Assembly: GCF_006345805.1 (NCBI RefSeq)
Contig: NC_043002.1
Coordinates: forward strand, 82,832,001-82,896,000
Reading direction: 5' to 3'
DNA from: Octopus sinensis
Lineage: Eukaryota
Length of the DNA stretch: 64,000 bases
Shown piece after piece: positions 13,052 through 24,469 of the stretch (position 1 is the stretch's first letter; the number at the start of each line of letters is the position of its first letter). The notes beneath the pieces were generated by a model. It saw nothing but the letters and a program-made list of their open reading frames with translations. It did no database searches and had not been told where the DNA came from. The translations under genes were made by a program, and so were the position numbers.

Positions 13052-14871
13052 CACACAGAGTGGCTATCTGCTCCATGCAGCGCTTGACTTCTTGTACTTA
13101 TAATTGCTCTTTCCTAGCTTGAGGTCTTGCATGGCTTTTGAGCCTTGAAAGGTGTTTGAAGAGCTGATCACATACACTGCAGCATTGGTTCCATTTTGTG
13201 CTCATCTATTATGAATGTTCAAGTGTCACTTCAATCTTCTATGTGACCTGTTTTTTTGACAGAATTGGCATAGAAACAGGTCATCCAGAATGAGATTCCA
13301 ATAGTTGATGTATGCCTTATCCACATAAGCATGCTGATGTGATCTCATACCAGCATGAGATATACATACTTTTGTGCATAAAGAACATTTAAAGAAGGGA
13401 TGAGAAACTCTTGCAATGCTATAGATATTAATCTCATTTTTATTAAATTTTCTTTTTATTTCTCTATCAAGCTTAAAATCTCTAATACCACTGCAAATTG
13501 TAGCTCTCCATATCTGTTCCAGGACTTTTGTAACACAATTTAAGGCAATTATATAATGAGTTTCCTCCAGTTTCTGTCTACCAAATTCAGTTACAAAGCA
13601 TTAGTTGACCTGGAGCTATAGCAAAAAACAATTGCTCAAGGTGCTATGGAATGGGACTGAATACACTACCATGTAGTTATGAAATAAACTTCTTAACTAT
13701 ACAACCTAGTTATTTTCACAAGGCATATTTACACTCTATCTTCACATTAGCATAAATATTAATCTTGTGAATTCATTGACTGTTGACAAACAAGGAATCA
13801 CCATAAAATATCCACTTTGAAATCAAGAATGAAGTTTGTTATGCCAGCATGGAACGCAAACATTAAATGATGATGATCGTCATCATTTTACAACTTGTGG
13901 ATTAGCTGTGTCTACAGTTTTTTATTTTTTGGACTAAAATTTCATTTTAGATAGTTTTCTTTTTATTCATGGTGCTGGTTCCATGTAAAAAGTACCAGTG
14001 CCACATAAAAAGCATCTGGTGCAAGAGCAATTTTGTGTTTTATCCTTTTGGTGTTGATGAAAAAAAAACTCCAAACCAGGAGCATGAATTGATAGAACTA
14101 TAAGGATGTCCGACTGGATGCCTTATAGTATGTACTCCAGGTCTCTGCATTTTTAATCAGACACTGTTTAGATGTCTCTCAAAAGCACCCATGAGTAAGG
14201 CAAGTAAATTCATCATCATCATCGTTTAACGTCCTTTTTCCGTGCTAGCACGGGTTGGACGGTTCGACTGGGGTCTGGGGAGCCAGGGGCTGCTCCAGGC
14301 TCCAGTCTGATCTGGCAGTGTTTCTACAGCTGGATGCCCTTCCTAACGCCAACCACTCTGCAAGTGTAGTGGGTGCTTTTTACGTGCCACCTGCACAGGT
14401 GCCAGAGGGGTCTGGCATCGGCCACGTTCGGATGGTGCTTTTTATGTGCCACCGCACAGAAGCCAGTCGAGGCGGCAACGGCCACGTTCGGATGGTGCTT
14501 TTTATGTACCACCAGCACAGGTATCACAACTACTGTTTCCATTGATATTTGGTTCGATGTTCACGTACATGCACTTGACTCAACAGATCTCAAGCACAGC
14601 GAGATGTTCCGGGATCCAAGGTACTTTGAATGGGCAGGGGCTATGCGGAACTGGTGCCGGAAGCATCCCGGGTCTTAGTAGTCACAGCACATCTCCAGAG
14701 ATCTCGGTCCTTCGCCATTGCCCCAGTGAGGCCCAACGCTCTGAGGTCATGCTTGACTACCTCATCCCATGTCTTCCTGGGTCTACCTCTCCCCCTGATT
14801 CCTTCAACTGTTCAGGAGTGGCACTTCTTCACGCATCTCTCCTCATCCATCCGCAGTACATGACCATACCA

Positions 14872-16080
14872 TCACAAGCGTCGCTCTTGCACACCGCATC
14901 TGATGCTTCTTATGTCCAGCATTTCTCTCAGGTTGCTTACACTCTGTCGTGCATTCACACTGACATTACAGATCCAGCGGATCATGCTAGCTTCATTTCT
15001 TTCAAGTCTACGCATGTCCTCTGCAGTCACGGCCCATGTTTCACTGCCGTGAAGCATGGCAGTTCGCACACATGCGTCATACAATCTACCTTTCACTCTG
15101 AGTGAGAGACCCTTTGTCGCCAGTAGGGGTAGGAGCTTTCTAAACTTTGCCCAGGCTATTCGTATTCTAGTGGTGACACTTTCTGAGCATCCACCCCCAC
15201 TACTAACTTGGTCACCCAGGTAGCGGAAACTATCAACTACTTCTAGTTTCTCCCTCTGGAGTGTGATGGAATCTGTTTTCTGAGTATTTGTGGTGTCTAT
15301 TGTCCCTGTGCATCTGCCGCACATGAAAGCTATCTTATCAGTTAATTTCCCTTTGATGTTGCTGCACCTCTTATGCGTCCATAGCTTACACTGGGTGCAT
15401 CTTATGGAGTTTCTACCTACACCTTTCCTACAGCTCGAGCAGGGCCACCTGCCCGATGGGGTGTGTGCTGAGTTCGCCTTTCTGCATAATATAACTTTGG
15501 TCTTCGCTACATTTACTCTCAGGCCCTTTGATTCTAACCCTTGTTTCCACACCCGAAATTTCTTTTTTAGTTCCGGTAGTGATTCTGCTATGAGGGCCAA
15601 GTCATCAGCATAGAGGAGCTCCCAGGGGCAACCTGTTTTGAATTCCTCTGTTATTGCCTGGAGGACTATGATGAATAAAAGGGGACTGAGGGCTGAGCCC
15701 TGGTGTACACCTACTTCTACCCGAAATTCTTCACTATATTCGTTGCCAATCCTAACCTTGCTGACAGCCTCTCTGTATAGAGCCTGTACAGCCCTTATTA
15801 GCCATTTGTCAATCTCCAGTTTCCGCATCGACCACCAGATAAGGGATCGGGGAACCCTGTCAAAGGCTTTCTCCAAGTCCACAAAAGCTATGTAGAGGGG
15901 TTTATCTTTAGCTAAGTACTTCTCCTGCAGTTGTCGGACCAGGAATATAGCATCAGTGGTGCTTCTACCCGGCACAAAACCGAACTGCATCTCATCTAAG
16001 CAAATTCTCTCCCTAATGAGATGGGTTATGACCCTTTCTGTGACCTTCATCACCTGATCCAACAGTTTAATACCCCTCAC
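14872..16080 (-). pseudogene. RTE reverse transcriptase with an embedded C4HC3 (PHD-type) finger
   Basis: RT motifs, with CSSC..CTQC..HKRC..CGRC inserted between GLRVNVAKTK and FRYLG. Confidence 0.9.
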
Positions 16081-16467
16081 CCTTACCCTTGTAGCAGTTG
16101 ACTATGGTGCTGCTACGCCAGTCATTGGGTATGACTCCATTATGAACTACCTAGTTAACAATACGGGTGACTAGGCCATAGCCCACATAACCAGCTGTTT
16201 TAAGCATCTCAGCAGTGATACCTGATGGGCCGGGGGCTTTACCTGGTTTCATATCCTTAATTGCCTTAACTACAAGGGAGCTGTCTATTTGGATAGCTGG
16301 TCCCTCTACTGGGTCAACATTTGGCAGGCTCTCCTCCTCCCATTCATTCTCCACATTCAGCAGTCTCATAATGGCTTCTCCAAGCCTCTTTCTTTTCACC
16401 AACATTAAAAGCAAGTGCCCCATCATCCATGCGGACACATTTCTCTCCTGTAACATCCTATTTTCTC

Positions 16468-17436
16468 TCACACACTGTCTAGCAATACGAAATACCTCAG
16501 TTCCCGTAGGAATTTCCAGCTACCTTCTATGTCCGACGTCTGTAGCTCCTCCTCCCTCTCATCAAATTTCTTGATGAGGATGTCCCTAAATCTCTGACCA
16601 TGTGAAGGGTTCTTTAGCTTCCAAATCCTTCTTTTCTGGATTGGTCTGTTTCTTGGAGTCCTTCTGGCCTCAAGCCTAAAGTCACTAATTATTAGCCTAT
16701 GCTGAGGGATACACTCTTCACCCGGGAGGGTCTTTGTATTTAAGAACGACCCTGCGTCCCGCTGTCTGGTGAGGATGAAGTCTATTTGGCTCGCGGAGTC
16801 CCCTGACTGATAAGTTATAAGGTGGCAGTCAGGCTTCCTGAAGTTAGTGTTGCAGATTAAAAGGTTACATGCATCACAGAATTCCAGTAGTCTAGTTCCC
16901 TCATCATTTCTGGTGCCAATACCATGGCCACCGTGAACCCCAGTGAAGATACCCGATTCCCGCCCAACATGCCCATTAAAGTCTCCACCCACAAAGATGA
17001 GGTCCTTGCCACTAGTCTTTGAGGTAGCCTGTAGAAGGGTATCATAAAAGTAGTCCTTCTGATCATTTGGTAGCCCCACTTGTGGGGCATAGGCGGAGAT
17101 AATCGTAGCTATGCCACTCTGTAGGACTAACCTGAGCTTAAGCACTCTATCGCAAACCCTGACAACCTCTATGACCTTATCCACCCATTTCTCCGCAAGG
17201 AGAATGCCTACACCCCCTACCTCATCCATGTTACCTTGCCAGAAGACTTTATACCTATGTGCCTTGCCTGTGAGGACCCTAGCTGAAGCACCTCTCCACC
17301 TTACCTCTTGTATGTAGCATACATCAACCCGTCTTCTCTCAAGCATCTCTACAATCTCACTAGACCTACCTTTCAGTGTACCAACATTGACAGTGCCAGC
17401 TCTGAAAACTGGGAAGGAGATGGGGAAGGGGTGCAA
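16468..17436 (-). pseudogene. RTE apurinic-like endonuclease domain
   Basis: APE motifs as above. The frame breaks after GSWKFLR, at a deletion junction near 16500. Confidence 0.9.
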
Positions 17437-17634
17437 TTCGGCGCCTGAAAAGAAGAGGGTTGTTGTGGTGGCGGTGATCGACTTTTAGGCATTTTCGTCT
17501 GATCTCTCTTCTGACCTGACATCATTCAAGCATTTAGGCATGTTAAGGTTCTGGCCCCTGCAGTAGGCAGGGTCAGGTGTTAGCAGCATTGTACTCAAAA
17601 CAAAAACCAACTATCCAGTACCATCTGTCTAGAC

Positions 17635-17956
17635 CAGTGTTTCTCCACCTTTTTACCCTTGCATAACCCTTAAAATAAATTACATGTCTCAAGGAACCCC
17701 TGAACAAAAAAATATCTTTCTCATATTGTTTTCATCGTCGTTCATGTGGTAAATAAATATATATATATATACATACACACATATATAGATAGATAGTTGT
17801 TATGTTATTGATAACATAATTGGTTAGATAGGATGTCTATATAACTATGTTGTGTATGTATAGTAATATTATGATTGTGAAATTAGCATTAGCTTATCTC
17901 TGTCTTTCTGGGGGACCCCTAAGAAACTTTTGCAGAACCCTGGTTGAGAAACGCTG
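17635..17956. mobile_element. hAT (Charlie/Buster-like) MITE
   Basis: TIRs cagtgtttctccacc / ggttgagaaacgctg. Flanks gtctagac and atctacat resemble the NTCTAGAN-type 8-bp target. Confidence 0.7.
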
Positions 17957-19287
17957 ATCTACATGGAATTGAAAGAAAGGGTTTCCTCCAGTTGGAAACA
18001 TGTGTATCCTGGCAATATGATGTAATACAAACCAACACGTGTCGTAGATATCTCTAACTTGTATCTTCGTTAAACATGCAATTTTATGAAAAAATGAGTG
18101 AACATTTGACAAGGCATGTGTATTGAAACTCTTTTCATAGATCTTTGATGTCTACTGGGCAGGAGTATCTCTGTTTCCTAGACATTAAAATGAATGAGAC
18201 ACCCACTCTCCACTTCTTAATTAATATGCCAGTCTATAACATAGAATTTAACTCAGTACTACTTATCAATAAAATGGTCATCATTACAGCATTGGCATTG
18301 CTTTATGCCTATTTACTGCTACTAACTAGTCTTGGCTAACTGAGAATTGTCATTTGGCCACCATAAGATGCAGGGATAAGAGATAAACTATCAACTTCTC
18401 AAGCTAATTGTCGCATATGTTTTTCATTCACCTATCTACCTTCTAATTACACAAACCTTGATATATTATATCAGGTACTGTTAATGAAATTGAGTCAAAC
18501 AGCAATGTATCCCACATTAACTCAATTATTCCAGGATCAGTTTAACCCTTTCAATACCAACCTGCTTGAGACTGCACAAGATTCTAGGTTACAAACTTCC
18601 TATTTTAATGTGATCTAAATTTAGAAAAAAAAAAAAGAAACCTTTCTTTGAAATTTCATGTTCATTTATGTTCCAAACATCACCTTGAAAAAAGTTGAAT
18701 TCATCATTGTTTTTTAAAAAATTATTTGAAGCAAAGACAGTGTATGTCAACAGAAGTATGGTTATAAATTGGTTGAGCACAAAATTTGCAGCAGAGTTCT
18801 TATGTTTTAAGTGTGTCAGTTTATCCATTTTCTCTCTTGGAAATGAACCTGGAACCATGTGGTTGGTAAGCAAGCTACTTCCCACACAGCGACTACACTG
18901 ATTGAACTTCCTCTCATCCCCAACATTCTGTCAAGTCAGGTAGGGTCTGGTTTTTTTGCCACCTACAACGATGCCCACTCCTATTCGTATGATATCATCC
19001 CTAACCTTTCCACATCCAAACATCAGCCACATACAACTATGACATCTCAAACCAAATCTTCTTTGATTCCATGTGCAGAGATCTCAAAATCATCATCCTG
19101 TGGTGTGACAATGCCAGTTGCATTGTCCTCCACAACTCAAAAGCACAATCATTACAAATATCAACAGAACATTATTGCAGTGATGCTGTTGCTCACAAAT
19201 TACAGTATGAAATAAAATAAAGTGTGATGCCATAGTTAGGAAGGGAGATAATTCTTTCAAGTTGTTTTTAAAATGATATGTTAATGT

Positions 19288-19603
19288 GGATCTTTTCGGT
19301 TTGAATGGCAGTTTTTTAAAATAATTTCCATGGAACTAAACACTTTTAAACTTCATACACTGGTAGAATGTGTTTATAAAACATCTTTTTCTCTTGGCTT
19401 TATTGAGAAAATTCCATAGTTTGTAAAATATTTGTTGTTTTTTTCTGCAATTTCAACCAATCAATGATGTCTATTGAGGTGAAAACATTCTGTGCCATAT
19501 GAATATGTCCCTCATTTAAGAAACAGATTGGGTTTATTTACATTTGTGAATACAATTTCATATGACACCGCTAGAAAAAACTGCCGTTCAAACCGAAAAG
19601 ATC
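19288..19603. mobile_element. MITE with ~29-bp TIR (GGATCTTTTCGGTTTGAAYGGCAGTTTTT)
   Basis: TIRs at both ends. The internal sequence is the reverse complement of the copy at 32560-32958. Confidence 0.85.
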
Positions 19604-20123
19604 AGTTAATGATTCTGTCAGCTTGCCACATTCCTCTTGATTATGATAATAATTCTAGAAATATATATATAAGCTATTGCCATTGATTACCTCTTTATAA
19701 TTTGAACATTTTCTTTGGCAGTGTAAAGAAGGTATAGATTAACTTGTATAAATCAAAAGGAACCTTATTAGAAAAAAGTCATCTAAAACAGCAGTCTCTT
19801 GCCGTTTTTGCACCATGAACCAGTTTTAGGTAAGAAAATTTTTCCACGGACTTGGAGGTAACAAAAAAGTGTATAATAAAACAAAGTGCACAGTATATGT
19901 TAATTATTTCACATATAAAACATATGTAATGCAAAAACACCCTGCACATGGCAATAGTCAACAAAATAAAAATAAATTTGAAAATTTATTCTTTCTGTGT
20001 ACCAAATGATCCACAGCTTGGTGGCTAGGGACTCCTGATCTAAAGGAACTTATAGCCGAACTGCTAAGTTACAGGAATGTAAACAGCCACAAAGACATAC
20101 ACGCGCACACATAGATATATTTA

Positions 20124-20154
<31 letters not shown>

Positions 20155-20259
20155 TAAATTAGAGATAAAATTTAATATATATATATTTATACTATAAAAT
20201 TAGATTTAATCCTAAATCTAATTTTTTCCTGTAAGTTTGGATTTACTCCCTAATATTAT

Positions 20260-20298
<39 letters not shown>

Positions 20299-20371
20299 GT
20301 ATGTATGTATGTATATATATGTATGTATGTATGTATATATATGTATGTATGTATATATATGTATATATATA

Positions 20372-20578
20372 TAACGGGAAGGTTTACGAAAATAAACAAA
20401 AGATGAAGGCAGGTGGAGTACAAACAAACAAATGTATTAGTATGGCACTCAGGAATAGAAATAGAACAAGTCTTTTACGTTTCGAGCCTACGCTCTTCGA
20501 CAGAAAGATACACAGAAAAGAAACAAGGAGAGAAAAAATGCATGTAGGAGCTAACGGTCTATCATGGCGTTCTGAACA
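20372..20578 (-). mobile_element. Penelope-like pseudo-LTR fragment carrying a hammerhead motif, inserted in (TA)n
   Basis: Contains the hammerhead motif below and, on the minus strand, runs out into (TA)n/(CATA)n. Confidence 0.6.
20471..20508 (-). ncRNA. Minimal type-I hammerhead ribozyme-like motif with a non-canonical core
   Basis: Minus strand reads UCUUU-CUGUCGA-A-GAGC(GUAG)GCUC-GAAA-CG-UA-AAAGA. This gives a 5-bp stem I, a 4-bp stem II, a palindromic ACGU in place of stem III, and A6 changed to U. Confidence 0.62.
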
Positions 20579-20589
20579 TTTTCTTTGGC

Positions 20590-21016
20590 AGTGTAAAATC
20601 GATCAATGGAAATTGCAGATGTGTTACCAGTGCCGGTGGCATGTAAGAGAACCTTCCGTTTCGCGACCGTTGCCAGCGCCGCCCTGACTGGCCTCATGCC
20701 GGTGGCACGTAAAAAGCACCATCCGTTTGTGTCCGTTGCCAGCCTCGCCTGGCCCTCGTGCCGGTGGCACATAAAAAGCACCATCCGTTCGTGGCCGTTT
20801 GCCAGCTCTGTCTGGCACCTGTGCGGGTGGCACGTAAAAAGCACCCACTACACTCACAGAGTGGTTGGCGTTAGGAAGGGCATCCAGCCGTAGAAACACT
20901 GCCAGATTTGACTGGGCCTGATGAAGCCTTCTGGCTTCACAGACCCCAGTAGAACCGTCCAACCCATGCTAGCATGGAAAACGGACGCTAAACGATGATG
21001 ATGATGATGATGATGA
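20590..21016 (+). mobile_element. 5'-truncated RTE 3' UTR with tandem ~60-bp modules and a (GAT)n tail
   Basis: Homologous to 14211-14560 (ggaagggcatccagc...gaaccgtccaacccatgctagc...aaacgatgatgatg). Confidence 0.85.
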
Positions 21017-22799
21017 TATATGTTTGTGTGTATGTATATGATGGGCTTCTTTCTACCAAATCCACTCACAAGGTTTTTGTTAGCTCAAAGCTATAATAGA
21101 ATACACTTACTCAAGGTGCCATGGAGTGGGACTGGACCCAGAACCATGTCATTGGGAAGCAAACTTCTTACCACACCTTAAATCCTTAAAAATGTTTTAG
21201 CCCGAAGGCCGCAGCCATGCTGGGGCACCACACCTGTTAAATTTCTTTATATAAGTCCTCACAATTTAACATAGAAGATACTAATCCATGCTTATATCTA
21301 AAAAGAGATACACATTTGGTGGAATAATGTAAGAAATATATAATAAACTAAAGCTCAACATTTTTTCTTTTTCTCTTTTTAGAATATAGAGAGAAGGCAT
21401 TTGTATAGGGAGAAGGCATGGTGAAAGGGATTTCTGAGCTACTAAAAAAGGTTGGACCTTACACCTGGGCATATCTTGTATAGTTGTTCATGGGTTCCAA
21501 AAAGATGGAAAGTAACCTTGACTTTGGTGGAATTTAAACTCAGAATGTAAGGAGTCAGCACAAATACCATGTGAAATTTTGTTTGATGCCCTACTGATTC
21601 TGCTAATTAATCCCACACAATAATTGTTTCAAAGTTTGGCTCAAGGTCATCAATTTTTGGGGGTCAACCTCAGTACTTGACTGGTACTTTATTAAACAAG
21701 AACCTGAAAGGATGAAAGGCAAGTTTGGCTTTGGCAGAATCTCAATTTAGAGCATAAAGAGCTGGAAAAACTTCAGCTAAGAATTTTGCCTGACATGCTA
21801 ATAATTCTGCCAGCTTGTCACTTTTGTCTTAATTATTATAGTAGTAGTAGTAAAGTTCCTTCCCAAGTCATATAGACTCATAGGGCCAGTTTCCATGCCG
21901 TGTATATTACTCACCTGGATGGGACACCAGTCCATCACAGGATTACTCATTTTTGCCAGCTGAGTGGACTAGAACAACATGAAATGAAGTGTTTTGCTCA
22001 AGAGCATAATGCATCACCTGGTCCAGGAATTGAAACCACAAACTTACGATTGTGAGTCCAACACTTTAATCACTAAGGACATGCCTCCAAAATTATAATA
22101 GTAATTGTTTCCAATTTACATAGAAGGTCAGCAGTTTGAGGGGATTAAATGATTAATACCATTGCACCCAGTACTTTTATCAACCCCAAAAGGATGAAGG
22201 GCAAAGTTGACCTTGGTGAAATTTGAACTCAGAATGCAGAGAACTGTATCTAATGTAGACACAAGATCAGCAATTTTCAGAGTTAGTCAATACCATCAAC
22301 CTTAGTGTGTCACTGGTACTTTCATTTATTGACTCCAGAGGCAGGTATGGGGAGGCTAGGATGTATGGGCTACAGCTGGTCTTCCCTAAACAACCTTGTC
22401 CAGACTTGTGCCTCGGAGGAGAACTTCCTAGTGCAACCCCATTTTCATTCATGACCGAAGGTGGGGTGTCTTTACTTTTGCACATCCAGTGTACTGTGAC
22501 CATCTAGGGTTGCTACCATCTAGTAAATGGGAAATTTGGGGCTAATATTTGTAAAGTGTCACTCTACTACAGACCCAACTCATTTTCTGCTAAGCGAACT
22601 GGAGCAATGTGAAACAAAGTGTCATGCCTAAAGATACAGCAGGTTGTCTGATATAAGAATTGAACCCTGCAACCTTATAATTGTGATTCCAACATTCTAT
22701 CTACTAAACCATGTACTTTCACTATTTAAAATGTCTCGTGTTCAAATGAATATTCAAATATTGATATTAAATAGAAACTTCTACCTGCAGGGTCATTTT

Positions 22800-23050
22800 T
22801 AGGACCTCAGGGGCCCTGGTGCTGTGCCAAAGAAGTGGATTCCACCCCATTGAAATATAAGAAAATTATATCATCCATGAACCATAGACCTCCAGGGCCT
22901 TGATACTGTACAAAAGAAGTTACCTCTACCCCATTGAATTATAAAATTATAATATTCATGGGCCAATGGGCTTCCTGGATAAACCTGCCATACTGAAGAA
23001 GTAGTCACCCACTCTTCTTGAAATGTGACAAAATTATATTATTCAAGGGC
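22800..23050 (+). repeat. Degenerate tandem repeat, about 3 x ~85 bp
   Basis: The pattern aagaagt...acccca-ttgaa...aaaattata...tcatg recurs three times. Confidence 0.55.
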
Positions 23051-23386
23051 AAGGCCATCTTAGCAACACTTTAGGATCCCAGGCAAATGAATGCACTAGG
23101 CTCTATAGTATTTATTTATCGACAGCAAGCCACAACATACATATGTTGTGGTTATATATAGTCAGTACAAGGTGTTAATGTGACTGCGTATATATTATTA
23201 CAAGAGTTCATATACAGATGAATAAATTCAAGAACTATATATTTACTCCATAAAAGAATTTTTTATTTACTGGTTGATGATGATACATAATCAAAATGAA
23301 GAATCTAGTTGAATGAAGTAACAGAGATAGAAAATGTAGAAATAACAGCTAAGTGGTGGTTTTCAGTCATGTGGCATAGAGAAATA

Positions 23387-23980
23387 GATGAACAAATCAA
23401 TGACACGAATGGCTCTAAGTCTAACTGACTATGAAGCGAAAAGCAGGGTTAGCAAGCTGTTTTTATTAATGGAATGCTAGACATTCTAGAAACTTCCAAG
23501 AGAAACACTTAGCTTCTTGAATAATTAAGAATCACATCTCATGACACAGATGCTTTGAGAAACTTAGTAAAGGGAGGTTACTCAATATTCTTTCTTGCAA
23601 GGGAGATCATTCAATCAACTATTTAGCTACATAGACCACTACACAGGTCATAATTGGGCCATGAGGACAGGGGTATAATACTATCTTAAGGTATGGGCAC
23701 ACTAGGTGGTTGCCCAATTATGACCTGTGTAGTGGTCTATGTAGCTAAATAGTTGATTGAATGATCTCCCTTGCAAGAAAGAATATTGAGTAACCTCCCT
23801 TCACTAAGTTTCTCAAAGCATCTGTGTCATGAGATGCGATTCTTAATTATTCAAGAAGCTAAGTGTTTCCCTTGGAAGTTTCTAGAATGTCTAGTATTCC
23901 ATTAATAAAAACAGCTTGCTAACCCTGCTCTTCGCTTCTTAGTCAAACTTAGAGCCATTCATGTCATTGATTTGTTCATC
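23387..23980. repeat. Long inverted repeat with ~270-bp arms and a 52-bp spacer
   Basis: Arms are 23387-23659 and 23712-23980. By eye they differ by about 7-8 substitutions and one small indel. Confidence 0.95.
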
Positions 23981-24469
23981 AACCCATGCCAGCATGGAAA
24001 GCGGATATAAAATGATGATGATGATGATGGTTATATATATATATATATTTATACACGATAGGCTTCTTTCAGTTTCTTATTTCTCTACTGTCCACAAGGG
24101 GCTACACTCAGAGTGGATAAACAAGGATACAAATGGATTAAGTCAATTATATCATCTCCAGTGCATAACTGGTACTTATTTTATTGACCCCAAAAGGATG
24201 AAAGGCAAAGTCGACCTCGATGAAATTTGAACTCAGAATGTAGCGGCAGAAGAAATACTGCTAAGTATTTCGCCTGGCGTGCTAGCGATTCTGCCAGCTC
24301 GCCTGCTTTTTTCAGTTTCTGTTTATCAAATCCTCCCACAAGGCTTTAGTCAGCCTGAGGCTATAGTAGAAGACACTTGCCCAAAGTGTCATGGAGTGGG
24401 ACTGAACCAGGAACCATGTGGTTGGGAAGCAAGCTTCTTATAACTTAGCCACGTTTGTGCCTATTCTTA

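Larger units (their letters stand above)
14211..17590 (-). mobile_element. Near-full-length RTE-clade LINE, inactivated by frameshifts and an internal deletion
   Basis: APE endonuclease ORF 16468-17436 (NVGTL, IQEVRW, SAYAPQ, GDFNGHVG, QIDFIL), linker 16151-16471 (KAPGPSGI), RT ORF 14872-16080 (QFGF, FVDLEKAFD, GVHQGSALSPLLF, YADD, YLG). The 3' UTR ends in (GAT)n at 14211. Confidence 0.95.

Noticed and set aside
14255-15895. Plus-strand ORFs of 77-219 aa
   Set aside because: They are antisense shadows of the RTE RT and 3' UTR.
17500-17600. HDV-like ribozyme at the RTE 5' end
   Set aside because: I could see only a simple hairpin (CTGACCCTGC/GCAGGGGCCAG) and could not build the nested double pseudoknot by eye.
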